Below are positions 26,655 through 36,344 of a stretch of 64,000 nt of DNA, piece by piece (position 1 is the first letter of the stretch; each line of letters begins with the position of its first letter). The DNA is taken from contig OZ243916.1 in the NCBI GenBank assembly GCA_965213675.1, forward strand, positions 2,912,001-2,976,000, read 5' to 3'. The notes below the pieces were generated by a model. It was not told the DNA's origin. It did not search any database and saw only the letters and a program-made list of their open reading frames with translations. Origin of the DNA: an uncultured Candidatus Binatia bacterium. GTDB taxonomy: Bacteria; Desulfobacterota; Binatia; UBA9968; JAJDTQ01. The position numbers and the translations under genes are program-made.

Positions 26655-29600
26655 CTACCACCGCGCGGTCGCTTCGAGCCCCATGGTGTGCTCCGGCTCC
26701 GTCCAGTCGCTCTCCCGGCGCGTCCCCTTCAGCCCGAAGGAGACATCGGGCGCGTTGGCGCGGGTCGCCGGGGTGAGACGCCACCCCACGCTCCACCCCG
26801 AAGCCGGTCTCGGCATCGCCGCCGTCCTGGCGCATGCCCAGCTCCAGCTTGGGCGTCACATGGCTGCCCCGCGCCAGCGCGGCCTTCCAGCTTCCGGTGG
26901 CTCCGAGGTCACCGCCAGGGCGGGACCCGATCCTTCCGCCGGGGGCGCGATCACGTCGCCGCGCAGGCCAGCCGCCGCCATGGTCCAGGAGATGTCGGAG
27001 GTGAGGGAACCGCCTACCTCCGGCTCGAGCGTCACGTCGCCGGCGCCATAGCCCACCGCGCCCCAGAGCTTCAGCCGCTCCGAGACCCGGAGCGCGGCAT
27101 AGGGAACCGCCGCCGTCAGCGACGCCTCCACGTCGCCATCGCCCTCCCGCACGGCGCCGCTGCACACGACCCTCCGCGCTTCGGCATCCGGAGGTTGAGG
27201 GCAGCCTACGACATCCGTGCCGTTGCCTGCCCCGGACCCCGCCCCGCTGTCGGTATAGCCGCCATCCCCGCTGCTCCGCATCAGGGTCAGTCCGGCCAGC
27301 CAGTTGCCGCGCCCATAGTCGGCTCCCAGCATGGCCGTGGTGGCCTCGCCGTCGAGCGAGAACGTCCCCTCGCGGCCGTCGAAGCTCGACTGCGCTGCCC
27401 GGCCCCAGAAGGCCACGCTGCCGCCCATGCCGTCCTTCTCCCCGGTCGCCGTGAAACTGCTGCCCAGCAAGGCTTCCCGGGCCGTCATCGAGTAGGACTG
27501 CGCGCCGCTACTGCCGAAAGCGAAGCCATGAGTGTCATGGCCCAATGCCGATCCCGCACCGCCGGCGCCGAAACGGCCGCGGGCGACATCGGTCTGCACC
27601 AGCCGGCCAGTGCCGGACAGGCTGCCAGGGGCAGCATTTCTGCTCGCCGCGCCAACCGATCCGTCGGGGCCTGCCTGCGAGCCGGAGGAGCGGGGATCGA
27701 AGTTCAGCGCCTGTCCGGCGATGGTGCCCTGCACCCCGGCGTCGCGCGACGCCGCGATGCGCCCGGCTATGCCGTCCAGTGCCTGTTCCGCCGTCGTGCG
27801 ACCGAAGCGCGCCAGCCATGCCGCCGGCATCGGGTCCGAGTTGGTGATGGTGCCCACGGCAACCCCGTCCGCAATCGACACCGACACCCCGGGCGGACCG
27901 TTCACGGACGCGTCGAACAGCACCATCTCGAAGGTCTCCGGACCCTCGTCATGGCTGTCGTTGTAGAGGCGGACGTGGATCAGCGTTTCCGTCTGCCCCG
28001 GCCTGAACCGGGCCCGCAGCCGCCAGGACCGCTTCCACGCCAGGTAGTCCTGGCCCGCCACGGCCGACACCGGCGTTGAATCCCGCGTCGCGTAGTAGAC
28101 GACGACCGGCCAGTCCACCGGCTCGCTCAACGTCACCTTGAAATTCCCCGTTATTCCGTTCTCCTTGAGCGTGGCATCGGCAATCGAGATCGTTGGACCC
28201 GAGGACGCCGCATCGTTGTCGGACACCGCCACCGTGGCCGCGTTGTCCGGCGATGCCGCCACGGTGTAGCCGGTGCCGGTATCGACAGTTGCCGTGATCG
28301 AGCCGTCCGGCTCGTCCGTGCCGTCATCCACCGTGGTGACCTCGAAGGTGGCGCTGCCCGTGACCGGGATGGTGACCGTCCGCGATCCGGTCGCGCCCGA
28401 GGCGGCGAAGTCGCCGCTCTGGCCGACGGTCAGGGTCACGTCGAGCGGTGCGGCTGGCACCGGGCTGGCCGTGACCGTGAAGGAAGCCGAGGCACCTTCC
28501 GCCACTCCGCTGCCGGCGGCGATGCGTACCACCGGCTCGTCATTGTCGCGCACCGCCACCGCGGCGCTGCCCTTGCCCGTGGCCACGGTATAGCCCGTGC
28601 CCGTGCCGAGGGTGACGCTCACCGAGCCGTCGGCCTCGTCCGCCGCATCGTCCAGCGTGGCCACGGAGAGGTCGACGCTGGCCTCTCCCGCCGCCAGTGT
28701 CACCGTCCGGTGACCCGCGCCGGGGGCGTCCAGGTACTCGCCGCTCTGGGCGACGGTGTAGGTGACCGTGAGGTCGGTGGCCGGAGCCGGGTTGGCGGTG
28801 AGGGTGAAGGTGGCCTGGCCGCCCTCGTCCACGGCAGAGCCCGCCGAGAGGCTCAGTTCGGGGGTGGTGGGCGTCGCCGGTTGGACCTCCGCCGGTTCCG
28901 GCTGTTTCTGCGGTGCCGCCGCCAGGCATTGGAGCGCCGGCGCCACCGGCGCCCAGCGCTGCAGGCCGCGGTCCGCCTGCGCCTGCGCCTCGGCAACGGT
29001 CATCGGGTGGTTGCTGTAGCTGTTCTCCTCCCCGAAGGCGGCCAGCACGCGGCTCCAGCGCTCGACATGGCCCGGTGACGTCCGCCAGGTCTCGCCCGCA
29101 GCCTTCTGGGCGTCGGCCAGCAGGGCGTCGGAGACGCAGGCGGGTGTCTCAGCCTGCGCCGCCTGTGCGTCTTGTTGCGGCGAGCCCTGTCCGCCGCCGA
29201 CGGTGATGGTGACCCAGTCGAAGGCACGGCCGAGACCTTTGTAGCTCAGGATGCCGACCACTACTGGATTTGCGGCCAGCCTGAAGTGCAGGACCGTGGG
29301 CGCGGCCGGGGCGGTGAAGGTGGGTGCGGCGGCGGAGCTGCCGCCAGGCAGTACGTCATCGCCGATGATTGTGTTCGAAGCCGGGCCGTCCACCTGCCAC
29401 CAGTGAAGGCGGACATTGTCGCCCCAGGGGCCGCCGGCACCAGCGGTACCCGACAGGGTGACCTGCGCCCCGGCGGCCACCGTCTGGTCGGGGCCGGCAT
29501 CAGGGGCCGCCGGCCTGAACGGTACGCCGGGGTTTTCGGGCAGCCACAGGGCGTGCAGACTCCTGGTCCTGCGAAAGATATTCTCCGGCAGCGCCTGCAG

Positions 29601-31111
29601 CTGGTTCCTTCGCATCCACAGTGTATTCAATTTCGGATTGTGGTCGAAGATGCCGGCCGGCAGCGTGGTCAGGTCGAGATCTTCCATGTCCAGCGTCTGC
29701 AGCCTAGCAAGATTGTCGAAGATGCCCGCCGGCAGCGATGCGATGCTGTTGTCATGCAGGTCCAGATACGCGACGGAGGTGAGGTCGTCGAAGATGCCCG
29801 CCGGCAGTGTCGTAAACTGGTTTCTGTCCAGATCCAGACGAGTCAGCGCCGTGAGGCCGTCGAAATCGCCAGCCTGCAGGCTGCTCAAGTTCCGCAGCTC
29901 CAGATTCAGTCTGCCGCCGATGCCCGCAAGGTGTTGGGGGGTCACGTCGCGGCAGTTGCTGACGCCGCCGATCCTGCCGACAATGGCTTGGCGCACCGTG
30001 GGCGTGCGCCCGCAGATGCCGGCCTCGCCATCCAATACCCTCGCCACGATGTCAAAGGCGGGAATTGAATCATCCTTGCGGCCAGTGGCGTAACGCCGGG
30101 TCCTCTGGTCGTAGAACGGTCCGTTGAAGGAGTGCCTTATCGTGAAATGCTCGTCGTTATCGTCATCGTCATGAGGCACCTTGACAATAATCGTCTTGGT
30201 CTTGCCCCCGGGTTGCAGCCAGTCGGCCCGGGTCCATGTTACGCTCGTCGGATTGAAAGTCACGTCGCCGTCGCGTGTTTCCGGGCCGAAATTGTGATGC
30301 GGCCACTGGTAATCGACGCTGGGCGTAACCGTGAGGGTTTCCCCTGGCTTCGGGGGCTGGTGCAGGGTCAGGTCGTATGACGTCTTCCCGCCTTCATCGA
30401 CATTGAGACAGCCGTCGTACTTGTAGGGCAACTCGGAATTTCGATCCGGCCATGGGTGACCTGGATGTCATGGGTGATCTCGGCATCGAATACGCCATCA
30501 AGATCCCTGTCGATCTCCACGATCAGGGTGTCGGGCCTGAGGAAATTTTCAAAGACCAGTGTTCCGGAAGTATTTCGATCGCTGCGGGTTCTTCCGACGA
30601 TCCCCACGGTGTAGCCCGTGTTCCACATGTCACGCTCGATTTCCATGTCGTATGTCGTTCGGCTTGCGGATGTCATTCTGGGCTGTGACCAGTCTACACG
30701 AGCGAATCTGATCGGCTCGTTGCCGCGCAGGAACCGATACGAGCGCTTCGTCTGCGTTGTGATTCGCACATGGACTAGATCCGTAGGCTGCTTGTTAAGC
30801 TTGACGGTAAAATTGCGATCCCGGTCCAAGCTGAGCATCATGGGCTCGGTTGCGGTATCCAGGTCGATCACGGGTAGCACCTGCTGCGCCTGAGCGTGTT
30901 CGCTTTCAGCGAACCCGAGCCCCAGCGCCAGGCAAAGCGCCACCGGCACCAGGCCGCGCCGCAAACGGCGGGCAGACGCGAGGGGCTTGCCGCGTTTATC
31001 AACCCCTGCGCTGCGACCATGTGCGTCGCGGCCGCCGTGTGCGCCCAAGAGCGCTGCGAATGCCGCTCCCATCGCTCGGGCGGCTGCCCCAACTTCGCCC
31101 GCCATGTTCAT
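26655..31111 (-). pseudogene. Large LRR/PKD-like/Calx-beta autotransporter adhesin, frameshifted, with deletions in the beta-barrel
   Basis: Extended signal region; frameshift near 30435; LRRs (LPAGIFDDLT), APDAGPDQTV, Calx-beta repeats (DEADGSVSVTL, DEGPETFEMVL), AWLARFGRT, ELGMRQDGGDAETGFGVE, final GWRLTP...GLEATARW* ending at 26655 in shifted frames. Confidence 0.8.
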
Positions 31112-31325
31112 CGCGATCCCTCCGAACCTGTCGCCCGGCCTGCCGGTGCGCACAGCGCACAAATATGCCGAGCGTCGCCTACTCAGTTTGGCGTACTCTG
31201 TATCGAACCAGCGGAAACCGCCGGCGCATTGTCGGATAATACACCACAACGTCAATGGCAACCCCAGAGCGGGTGAAAACTCGACCTGCCATCACGGGGA
31301 GCGGGCGAGTTTGGTATGTCGAGAC

Positions 31326-31650
31326 ATGGCAGACATTCCAGGCGATGATCGTTCGCAGCAACTGCTTCTTCCGGATGCGGTGGGGGGGACAATCCGGTTC
31401 GTTTCATAGATGCCTTTGTGGATGGGCTTGACCTTGAGCGGGCCGGTTTCGAGCGGGTACAGGCCAACAGGACGGGGTGGCCAGGCTACGACCCGGCGGA
31501 CCTCCTCAAACTTTACCTCTACGGGTACCTGAACCGCATCCGTTCGAGTTGCGGCCGCGCTGCACGGCCGACACGCATCGTCGCATCTCCCGCTACGCGA
31601 ACGAAACCATCCTGGAGCGCATGGCCGAACGCCTGGCAGCGCGGCCGTGC
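31326..31650 (+). mobile_element. IS1182-family transposase remnant (frameshifted, internally deleted)
   Basis: DRSQQLLLP / DNPVRFIDAFVDGLDL...GYDPADLLKLYLYGYLNRIRSS, then a C-terminal piece LRPRCT...ETILERMAERL. Confidence 0.8.
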
Positions 31651-31761
31651 CTGGCGCCCGCCGTCCGATTCCGGAGAAGCCGGTAGCCATGACGGCCACG
31701 TCTTGCGACGGATTTTTCCTTCGCGCGGGGCGTTGATTTGGCCGGAAGGAGGGAGGGACAG

Positions 31762-32167
31762 CTACATGCCGAGGTCGAAGTCGCGCGACTTCTGCTTCGG
31801 CTCGGCAGCCTTTTCGAGTTCGGACTGGCGGAAAACTCTCGACTGGCGCTCGGCAACGTGCGCCGTCTCCCAGACCGCCGCGTCGCCCGCCGCATAGCCC
31901 GGACCCGCGAACAGGTCCGGGCCGGTGCGCGATGCTGCCGTCGATCTCCCTGCGCCCGAGACGGCGCCCGCCCGGAACCTCGCCTTCGAGCACCGACCGG
32001 AAGCGTTCGGGATCCACCGGACCGGAGAGGCCCAGCGCCTCAGCGCCCCGGCCCGCCCAGGCGCTCGCCTCGCGGTGCACCCCGTCGTCCCTGGCGTAGT
32101 AGCCGTCCTTCTCGAAATAGCCCACGCCCTGCGACGGCGAGGCGATCTTCCCGATGGCGGCTACCAT
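31762..32167 (-). pseudogene. MobF/TrwC conjugative relaxase remnant
   Basis: MVAAIGKIASPSQGVGYFEKDGYYA...SAWAGRGAEALGLSGPVDPERFRSVLEG...HRPG, then a jump to a probable C-terminus PKQKSRDFDLGM*. Confidence 0.8.
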
Positions 32168-32384
32168 CGCGGCAGCCCCGCGACGGAGGCGAAATAAGCG
32201 GATTCCCGTCGGTCCATGCAGGCCAGATATGCGCTCTCGGATCGCAGAACAAGGGACGAAGGAACGGCCTCATCGTCCTGTCCCCGCATGTCCGCAATTG
32301 GCGCCCGAAATCGTCCCCGCAGGGACTTGCATGTCCTACGACAGCCTGATATCAATTTGATAACTGACAGCGGGAGGCGAATCC

Positions 32385-32645
32385 ATGGTGACGATCAATG
32401 TGCGGCGGCTCGACGACGACGTGGTGGACCGCCTCAAGCAGCGTGCAGCGCAGAACAACCGCTCCCTGGAGGGCGAAGCACGCCACATCCTGCAATGCGC
32501 GGCCGACGACGACATGGCGGCGAAGCGCGCCGCGTTCCGGGAAACCATGAAACGGCTGCGTCCCCTGACCGAAGGGCGCAAGCACACCCCGGCGGAGGTA
32601 CTGATCCGCGAGGATCGCGACCACGGCCATCGCGACAACTTCTGA
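32385..32645 (+). CDS. FitA-like ribbon-helix-helix antitoxin
   Basis: INVRRLDDDVVDRLKQRAAQNNRSLEGEARHIL...AEVLIREDRD; GGAGG RBS. Confidence 0.9.
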   Translation: MVTINVRRLDDDVVDRLKQRAAQNNRSLEGEARHILQCAADDDMAAKRAAFRETMKRLRPLTEGRKHTPAEVLIREDRDHGHRDNF

Positions 32646-33073
32646 TGCGCTTCGTCGTCGATGCGAGCGTGGCGGTCAAGTGGCTGGTCGCCGAGGACGA
32701 GACGGAAGTTGCGGAGGAACTGGCGACGAGCGGCCACGACCTTCACGCGCCGCGACTGATGGCTTCCGAGGTCGCCAATGCAATCTGGCGCAAGGCGCGG
32801 ACGGGCGAGATAGAGCGTCGCGCTGCGGGCATCCTTTTGGCGGACGTGCCGGACATGCCGGTGCGCTGGGGCGCCGACGAGCTGGTCTCCGCCGACGCGG
32901 TGCGTCTGGCGCTGGCGCTCGACCGCCCGATCTACGATTGCATGTATCTCGCGCTCGCCCATCGCATCGGCGCGGTCATGCTGACGGCGGACAGTCGATT
33001 CGCTAATGCCGTTGCGCTGACCGAGCACGGCGGGTCCATCCTGACGCTGGCCGATTACGCAGAAACGCGATGA
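32645..33073 (+). CDS. vapC: VapC PIN-domain toxin
   Basis: MRFVVDASVAVKW, EVANAIW, IYDCMYLALA, MLTADSRF; TGATG overlap with the antitoxin. Confidence 0.92.
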   Translation: MRFVVDASVAVKWLVAEDETEVAEELATSGHDLHAPRLMASEVANAIWRKARTGEIERRAAGILLADVPDMPVRWGADELVSADAVRLALALDRPIYDCMYLALAHRIGAVMLTADSRFANAVALTEHGGSILTLADYAETR

Positions 33074-33144
33074 TCGCGAAATTTTTTCGATCATCCTCCA
33101 GGCATCCCCTGTCCCTTGATGTCCTGACAGGAGAGGCCGTGTGG

Positions 33145-33401
33145 GGACAGCGGGCCGCTTCCATCGAGGACCAGTTCCGGGTCTGCCGCGAGCACGCGGA
33201 ACGCGAGGGCTGGAAGATCGCCGGCGCCTACCGCGACGCGGCCATATCGGGCGACAGCGTGATTCTGCGCCCCGGCATCCAGGGGCAGATGGAGGACGCG
33301 CAGCGGGGCCTGTTCGAGGTTGTGGTCGCCAAGGCGCTCGACAGGGTGAGCCGCGACCAGGCCGACGTTGCGACCCTCTACAAGCATCTGCGCTTCGCGG
33401 G
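33145..33401 (+). pseudogene. Large serine recombinase fragment
   Basis: QRAASIEDQFRVCREHAEREGW...YRDAAISG...RPGIQ...ALDRVSRDQADVATLYKHL; lacks the N-terminal YARYS motif and the C-terminal domains. Confidence 0.8.
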
Positions 33402-33447
33402 CACGCCTACGCCTGTTCAGGAGTGGGCGGCTCGTCCATTGTCGCCC

Positions 33448-34260
33448 CTACATGCGAGCGGCGACGCCCGGTGTGCGCCGGGGCCGGCGCAGGCGCGTGA
33501 GCACGAACAGCGCCAGCGCCGCGGTCACGATGGAGGGTCCCGACGGGGTGTCGAATGTGGCCGAGGCGAACAGCCCGCCGGCGATGGCGAGGACGCCCGC
33601 GGCCGCCGCGCCCGCGGCCATCCTCTCGGGACTGGACGCGAAGCGCCGCACCGTGGCCGGCGGTATTACCAGCAACGCCACGATCAGCAGGATGCCGACG
33701 ATCTTGACGGCCACGGCGATGAGCGCCGCCACCAGGAAACCGAACACCAGCCGTGCGCGTTCCGGCCGGAGCCCGGCGACGGCGGCGATGTCGGCGCTCA
33801 CGGTAGCCGCCAGGAGCGGGCGCCAGATCCATCCAAGGACCGCCAGGGCGGCGGCGCCGCCCGCCCAGATCACGGCGATGTCCGAGCGCGTCACGGCGAG
33901 AATGTCGCCGAAGAGCAAGCCGTGCAGGTCGAAGCGCATGCTCGGGAAGAACGCCAGCACCACCAGGCCCAGCGACAGTCCCCCGTGGGCAAGCAGGCCC
34001 AGGATGGTGTCGGCGGGCAGTGTCTCGCTCCGTTCGAGATGGTGCATGATCAGCACCACCGTCGAGGCCGTGGCGAAGATGCCGATGGAAAGGTCGATTT
34101 CCAGGACGAGGGCCGCCGCCACCCCCAGCAGCGCCGAGTGCGCGATGGTCTCGCCGAAGTAGGCCAGCCGCCGCCACACCACGAAACAACCGGTGGGCCC
34201 GGTGACCAGCGCCAGCCCGACTCCGGCCAGCAGCGCGCGCGTGAAGAAGTCGTCCAGCAT
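33448..34260 (-). CDS. znuB: Zn ABC transporter permease
   Basis: MLDDFFTRALLAGVG, GCFVVWRRLAYFGETIAHSALLG, DTILGLLAH, LLFGDILAV (proteobacterial ZnuB type). Confidence 0.93.
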   Translation of the reverse strand: MLDDFFTRALLAGVGLALVTGPTGCFVVWRRLAYFGETIAHSALLGVAAALVLEIDLSIGIFATASTVVLIMHHLERSETLPADTILGLLAHGGLSLGLVVLAFFPSMRFDLHGLLFGDILAVTRSDIAVIWAGGAAALAVLGWIWRPLLAATVSADIAAVAGLRPERARLVFGFLVAALIAVAVKIVGILLIVALLVIPPATVRRFASSPERMAAGAAAAGVLAIAGGLFASATFDTPSGPSIVTAALALFVLTRLRRPRRTPGVAARM

Positions 34261-34263
34261 CGT

Positions 34264-34980
34264 TCAGCCGGGCGTTCGGCGTCGGGACGCGGGCGAGGAG
34301 TCCTCGTCGTCGCGGGCGAGTTCCTTGAACCCGCTGATGCCGAAGGGAGGGTTGTCGTGCTCGTGGGGCACCAGAACCACGAGGTCGTCGGCCGTGTCCA
34401 TGGCCTTCTGGAGATCGTGGGAGACGATGAGGACGCCGCAGCCGAGGTCGCGGCGAATGCCCTCGATCAGTTCGTGCACGACGTCTGTCCCAGTGGCGTC
34501 GACGCCCTGTGCCGGTTCGTCGAGCACCAACAGGTCCGGCCGGTGGATCAGCGCCCGCGCCAGCAGCAGCCGCTGGAACTCACCGCCGGACAGGGTGGTG
34601 ACAGGCGGGTCGCCGAGGCGTTCCAGGCCCACGGCGGTGAGGGAGGCGTCGATTCTGCTTGCGGCGAAACGACCGGTGAGCGTCATCATGCGGCGCAGGG
34701 TCAAGGGCAGCGTGGGGGTCACGGGCAGTCTTTGCGGCACGTAGCCCACCTGGAGATCCGGTGCCCGCGCCACGTGCCCTTCGTCCACGTCAAGCAGGCC
34801 CAGCGCGGCCTTGACACAGGTGGACTTGCCCGCGCCGTTGGCGCCGATGAGGAATACCAGCTTGCCGCGCGCCACCTTGAGGTCCACGTGCCGGATGATC
34901 CAGCGTTCACCCCGCCGTACACCGATTCCTCGGGCGTTGACGAGCAGGCTGGGAACGTTTTCGCGTGAAGATGCCGTCAT
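34264..34980 (-). CDS. znuC: Zn ABC transporter ATP-binding protein
   Basis: GANGAGKST, VGYVPQRL, PTLPLT, LSGGEFQR, LDEPAQGVD, VSHDL. Confidence 0.9.
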   Translation of the reverse strand: MTASSRENVPSLLVNARGIGVRRGERWIIRHVDLKVARGKLVFLIGANGAGKSTCVKAALGLLDVDEGHVARAPDLQVGYVPQRLPVTPTLPLTLRRMMTLTGRFAASRIDASLTAVGLERLGDPPVTTLSGGEFQRLLLARALIHRPDLLVLDEPAQGVDATGTDVVHELIEGIRRDLGCGVLIVSHDLQKAMDTADDLVVLVPHEHDNPPFGISGFKELARDDEDSSPASRRRTPG

Positions 34981-35214
34981 CCGTGAGAGGCTCGAAAACC
35001 GGCCACGATGGATGGTACCAGTGTATTGTATTCACGATCATCAGGGCAACTCGTTCAGCATGGCGACCCCACGCTGATCGAGGATTGGCGTACAGGGCTG
35101 GCTGGGTCCGTTCCAGTCCTCACGAGGGCGTGTGCCGAACCGTGGACTTCCGCGCGAATCGGCAGTGTGGGATAATCCTGCTCGTCCAGAAAACGGCCGG
35201 CTCATGGAGGGGTC

Positions 35215-36150
35215 ATGAAGAACACCATCTGCGCGGCAGTCCTGCTCGCTGGTTCAATCGTTGTATCTTTCCCGGCTCACGCGGCGGACCGGGTCGTGGC
35301 GACGTTAAAGCCGGTGCATTCACTGGTGAGCGCGGTGATGGCCGGGGTGGGCGACCCTTACCTGATCATGCGCGGCGCGGAGTCGCCGCACACCTACCGC
35401 ATGCGCCCCTCCGATGCCGGGGTCATCGGCAAGGCCCGCGTCATCTTCATGATCGGTGAACTCACCGAGACGACCTTGGTGGGCCCCATCCGCAAGCTCG
35501 GCCGCAAGGTCCGGGTGGTGGAGTTGGCCGAAGCGCCGGCGCTGGTGCGCCGGCCGTTGCGCACCGGCGGCGGCTTCGAGGACGGCGATGACGGACACGC
35601 CCACGGCCACGGCCATGGAGAGCATGACGAATTCGACATGCACGTGTGGCTCGACCCGGTGAACGCCGGATGGATGACCCTGGCCATCGCCCGAGCGTTG
35701 TCGGAAACCGATCCGGCCAACGCCGCGAAGTACCAAGCCAACGCGGACGCGCTGATCATCCGCCTGGAAGCCCTGCAGGCCGAGTTGGCCGCGGAACTGG
35801 CGCCTGTGCGGAAAGAGCCCTTCATCGTGTTCCACGACGCGTATCAGTATTTCGAGAAGCGTTTCGGGTTGAACGCCGCGGGCTCGGCTGTGGTCAGCGC
35901 CAGCCGGACGCCCGGTGTCCGCCGCGTCCGGGAGCTGCGCCGCAAGGTGCGCGAGTTGGGCGTGGTGTGCGTGCTCGCCGAACCACGCCACGATCCCCGC
36001 TTCGTCAGGGTCATCACGGAAGGCACGGATGCGCGCGCCGGCGCCGTCGACCCCACCGGCGTCGCCATCGAACCCGGCCCCGACATGTACTTCGCCTTGT
36101 TGCGCAACATGGCCGCGTCCTTCAAGGCATGCCTGGCCCCGTCGGGTTAG
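35215..36150 (+). CDS. znuA: Zn ABC transporter substrate-binding protein
   Basis: LKPVHSLVSAVMAGVG, SPHTYRMRPSDA, His loop, DMHVWLDP, VFHDAYQYFE; divergent from znuCB. Confidence 0.93.
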   Translation: MKNTICAAVLLAGSIVVSFPAHAADRVVATLKPVHSLVSAVMAGVGDPYLIMRGAESPHTYRMRPSDAGVIGKARVIFMIGELTETTLVGPIRKLGRKVRVVELAEAPALVRRPLRTGGGFEDGDDGHAHGHGHGEHDEFDMHVWLDPVNAGWMTLAIARALSETDPANAAKYQANADALIIRLEALQAELAAELAPVRKEPFIVFHDAYQYFEKRFGLNAAGSAVVSASRTPGVRRVRELRRKVRELGVVCVLAEPRHDPRFVRVITEGTDARAGAVDPTGVAIEPGPDMYFALLRNMAASFKACLAPSG

Positions 36151-36187
36151 AAGGTTCCCAAGACGTCATCCCCCCGCCCTTCTCCTC

Positions 36188-36285
36188 GTCATTCCCGCGG
36201 AAGCTGGAATCCATGGGTGAGGAGGGGCCGAAACCGGTGTGTCTCCCGCCTCACCTCGCGAAAAACCCGCTTTCGCGGGAATGAT
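36188..36285. repeat. Degenerate family A REP-like element
   Basis: GTCATTCCCGCGGAAGCTGGAATCCA ... CCCGCTTTCGCGGGAATGA. Confidence 0.75.
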
Positions 36286-36344
36286 GTTTCGAGGCGTTAG
36301 AGTTTGAAACGCAGTCCCAGTGCTCTCAAGGGGTTTCTCGACAC

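Noticed and set aside
33070-34968. 632-aa ORF as a full-length recombinase
   Set aside because: Only ~85 aa resemble a serine recombinase; the rest is antisense to znuB/znuC.
34981-35214. Expected zur gene or Zur box between divergent znuA and znuC
   Set aside because: No Fur-family ORF or convincing palindrome is visible.
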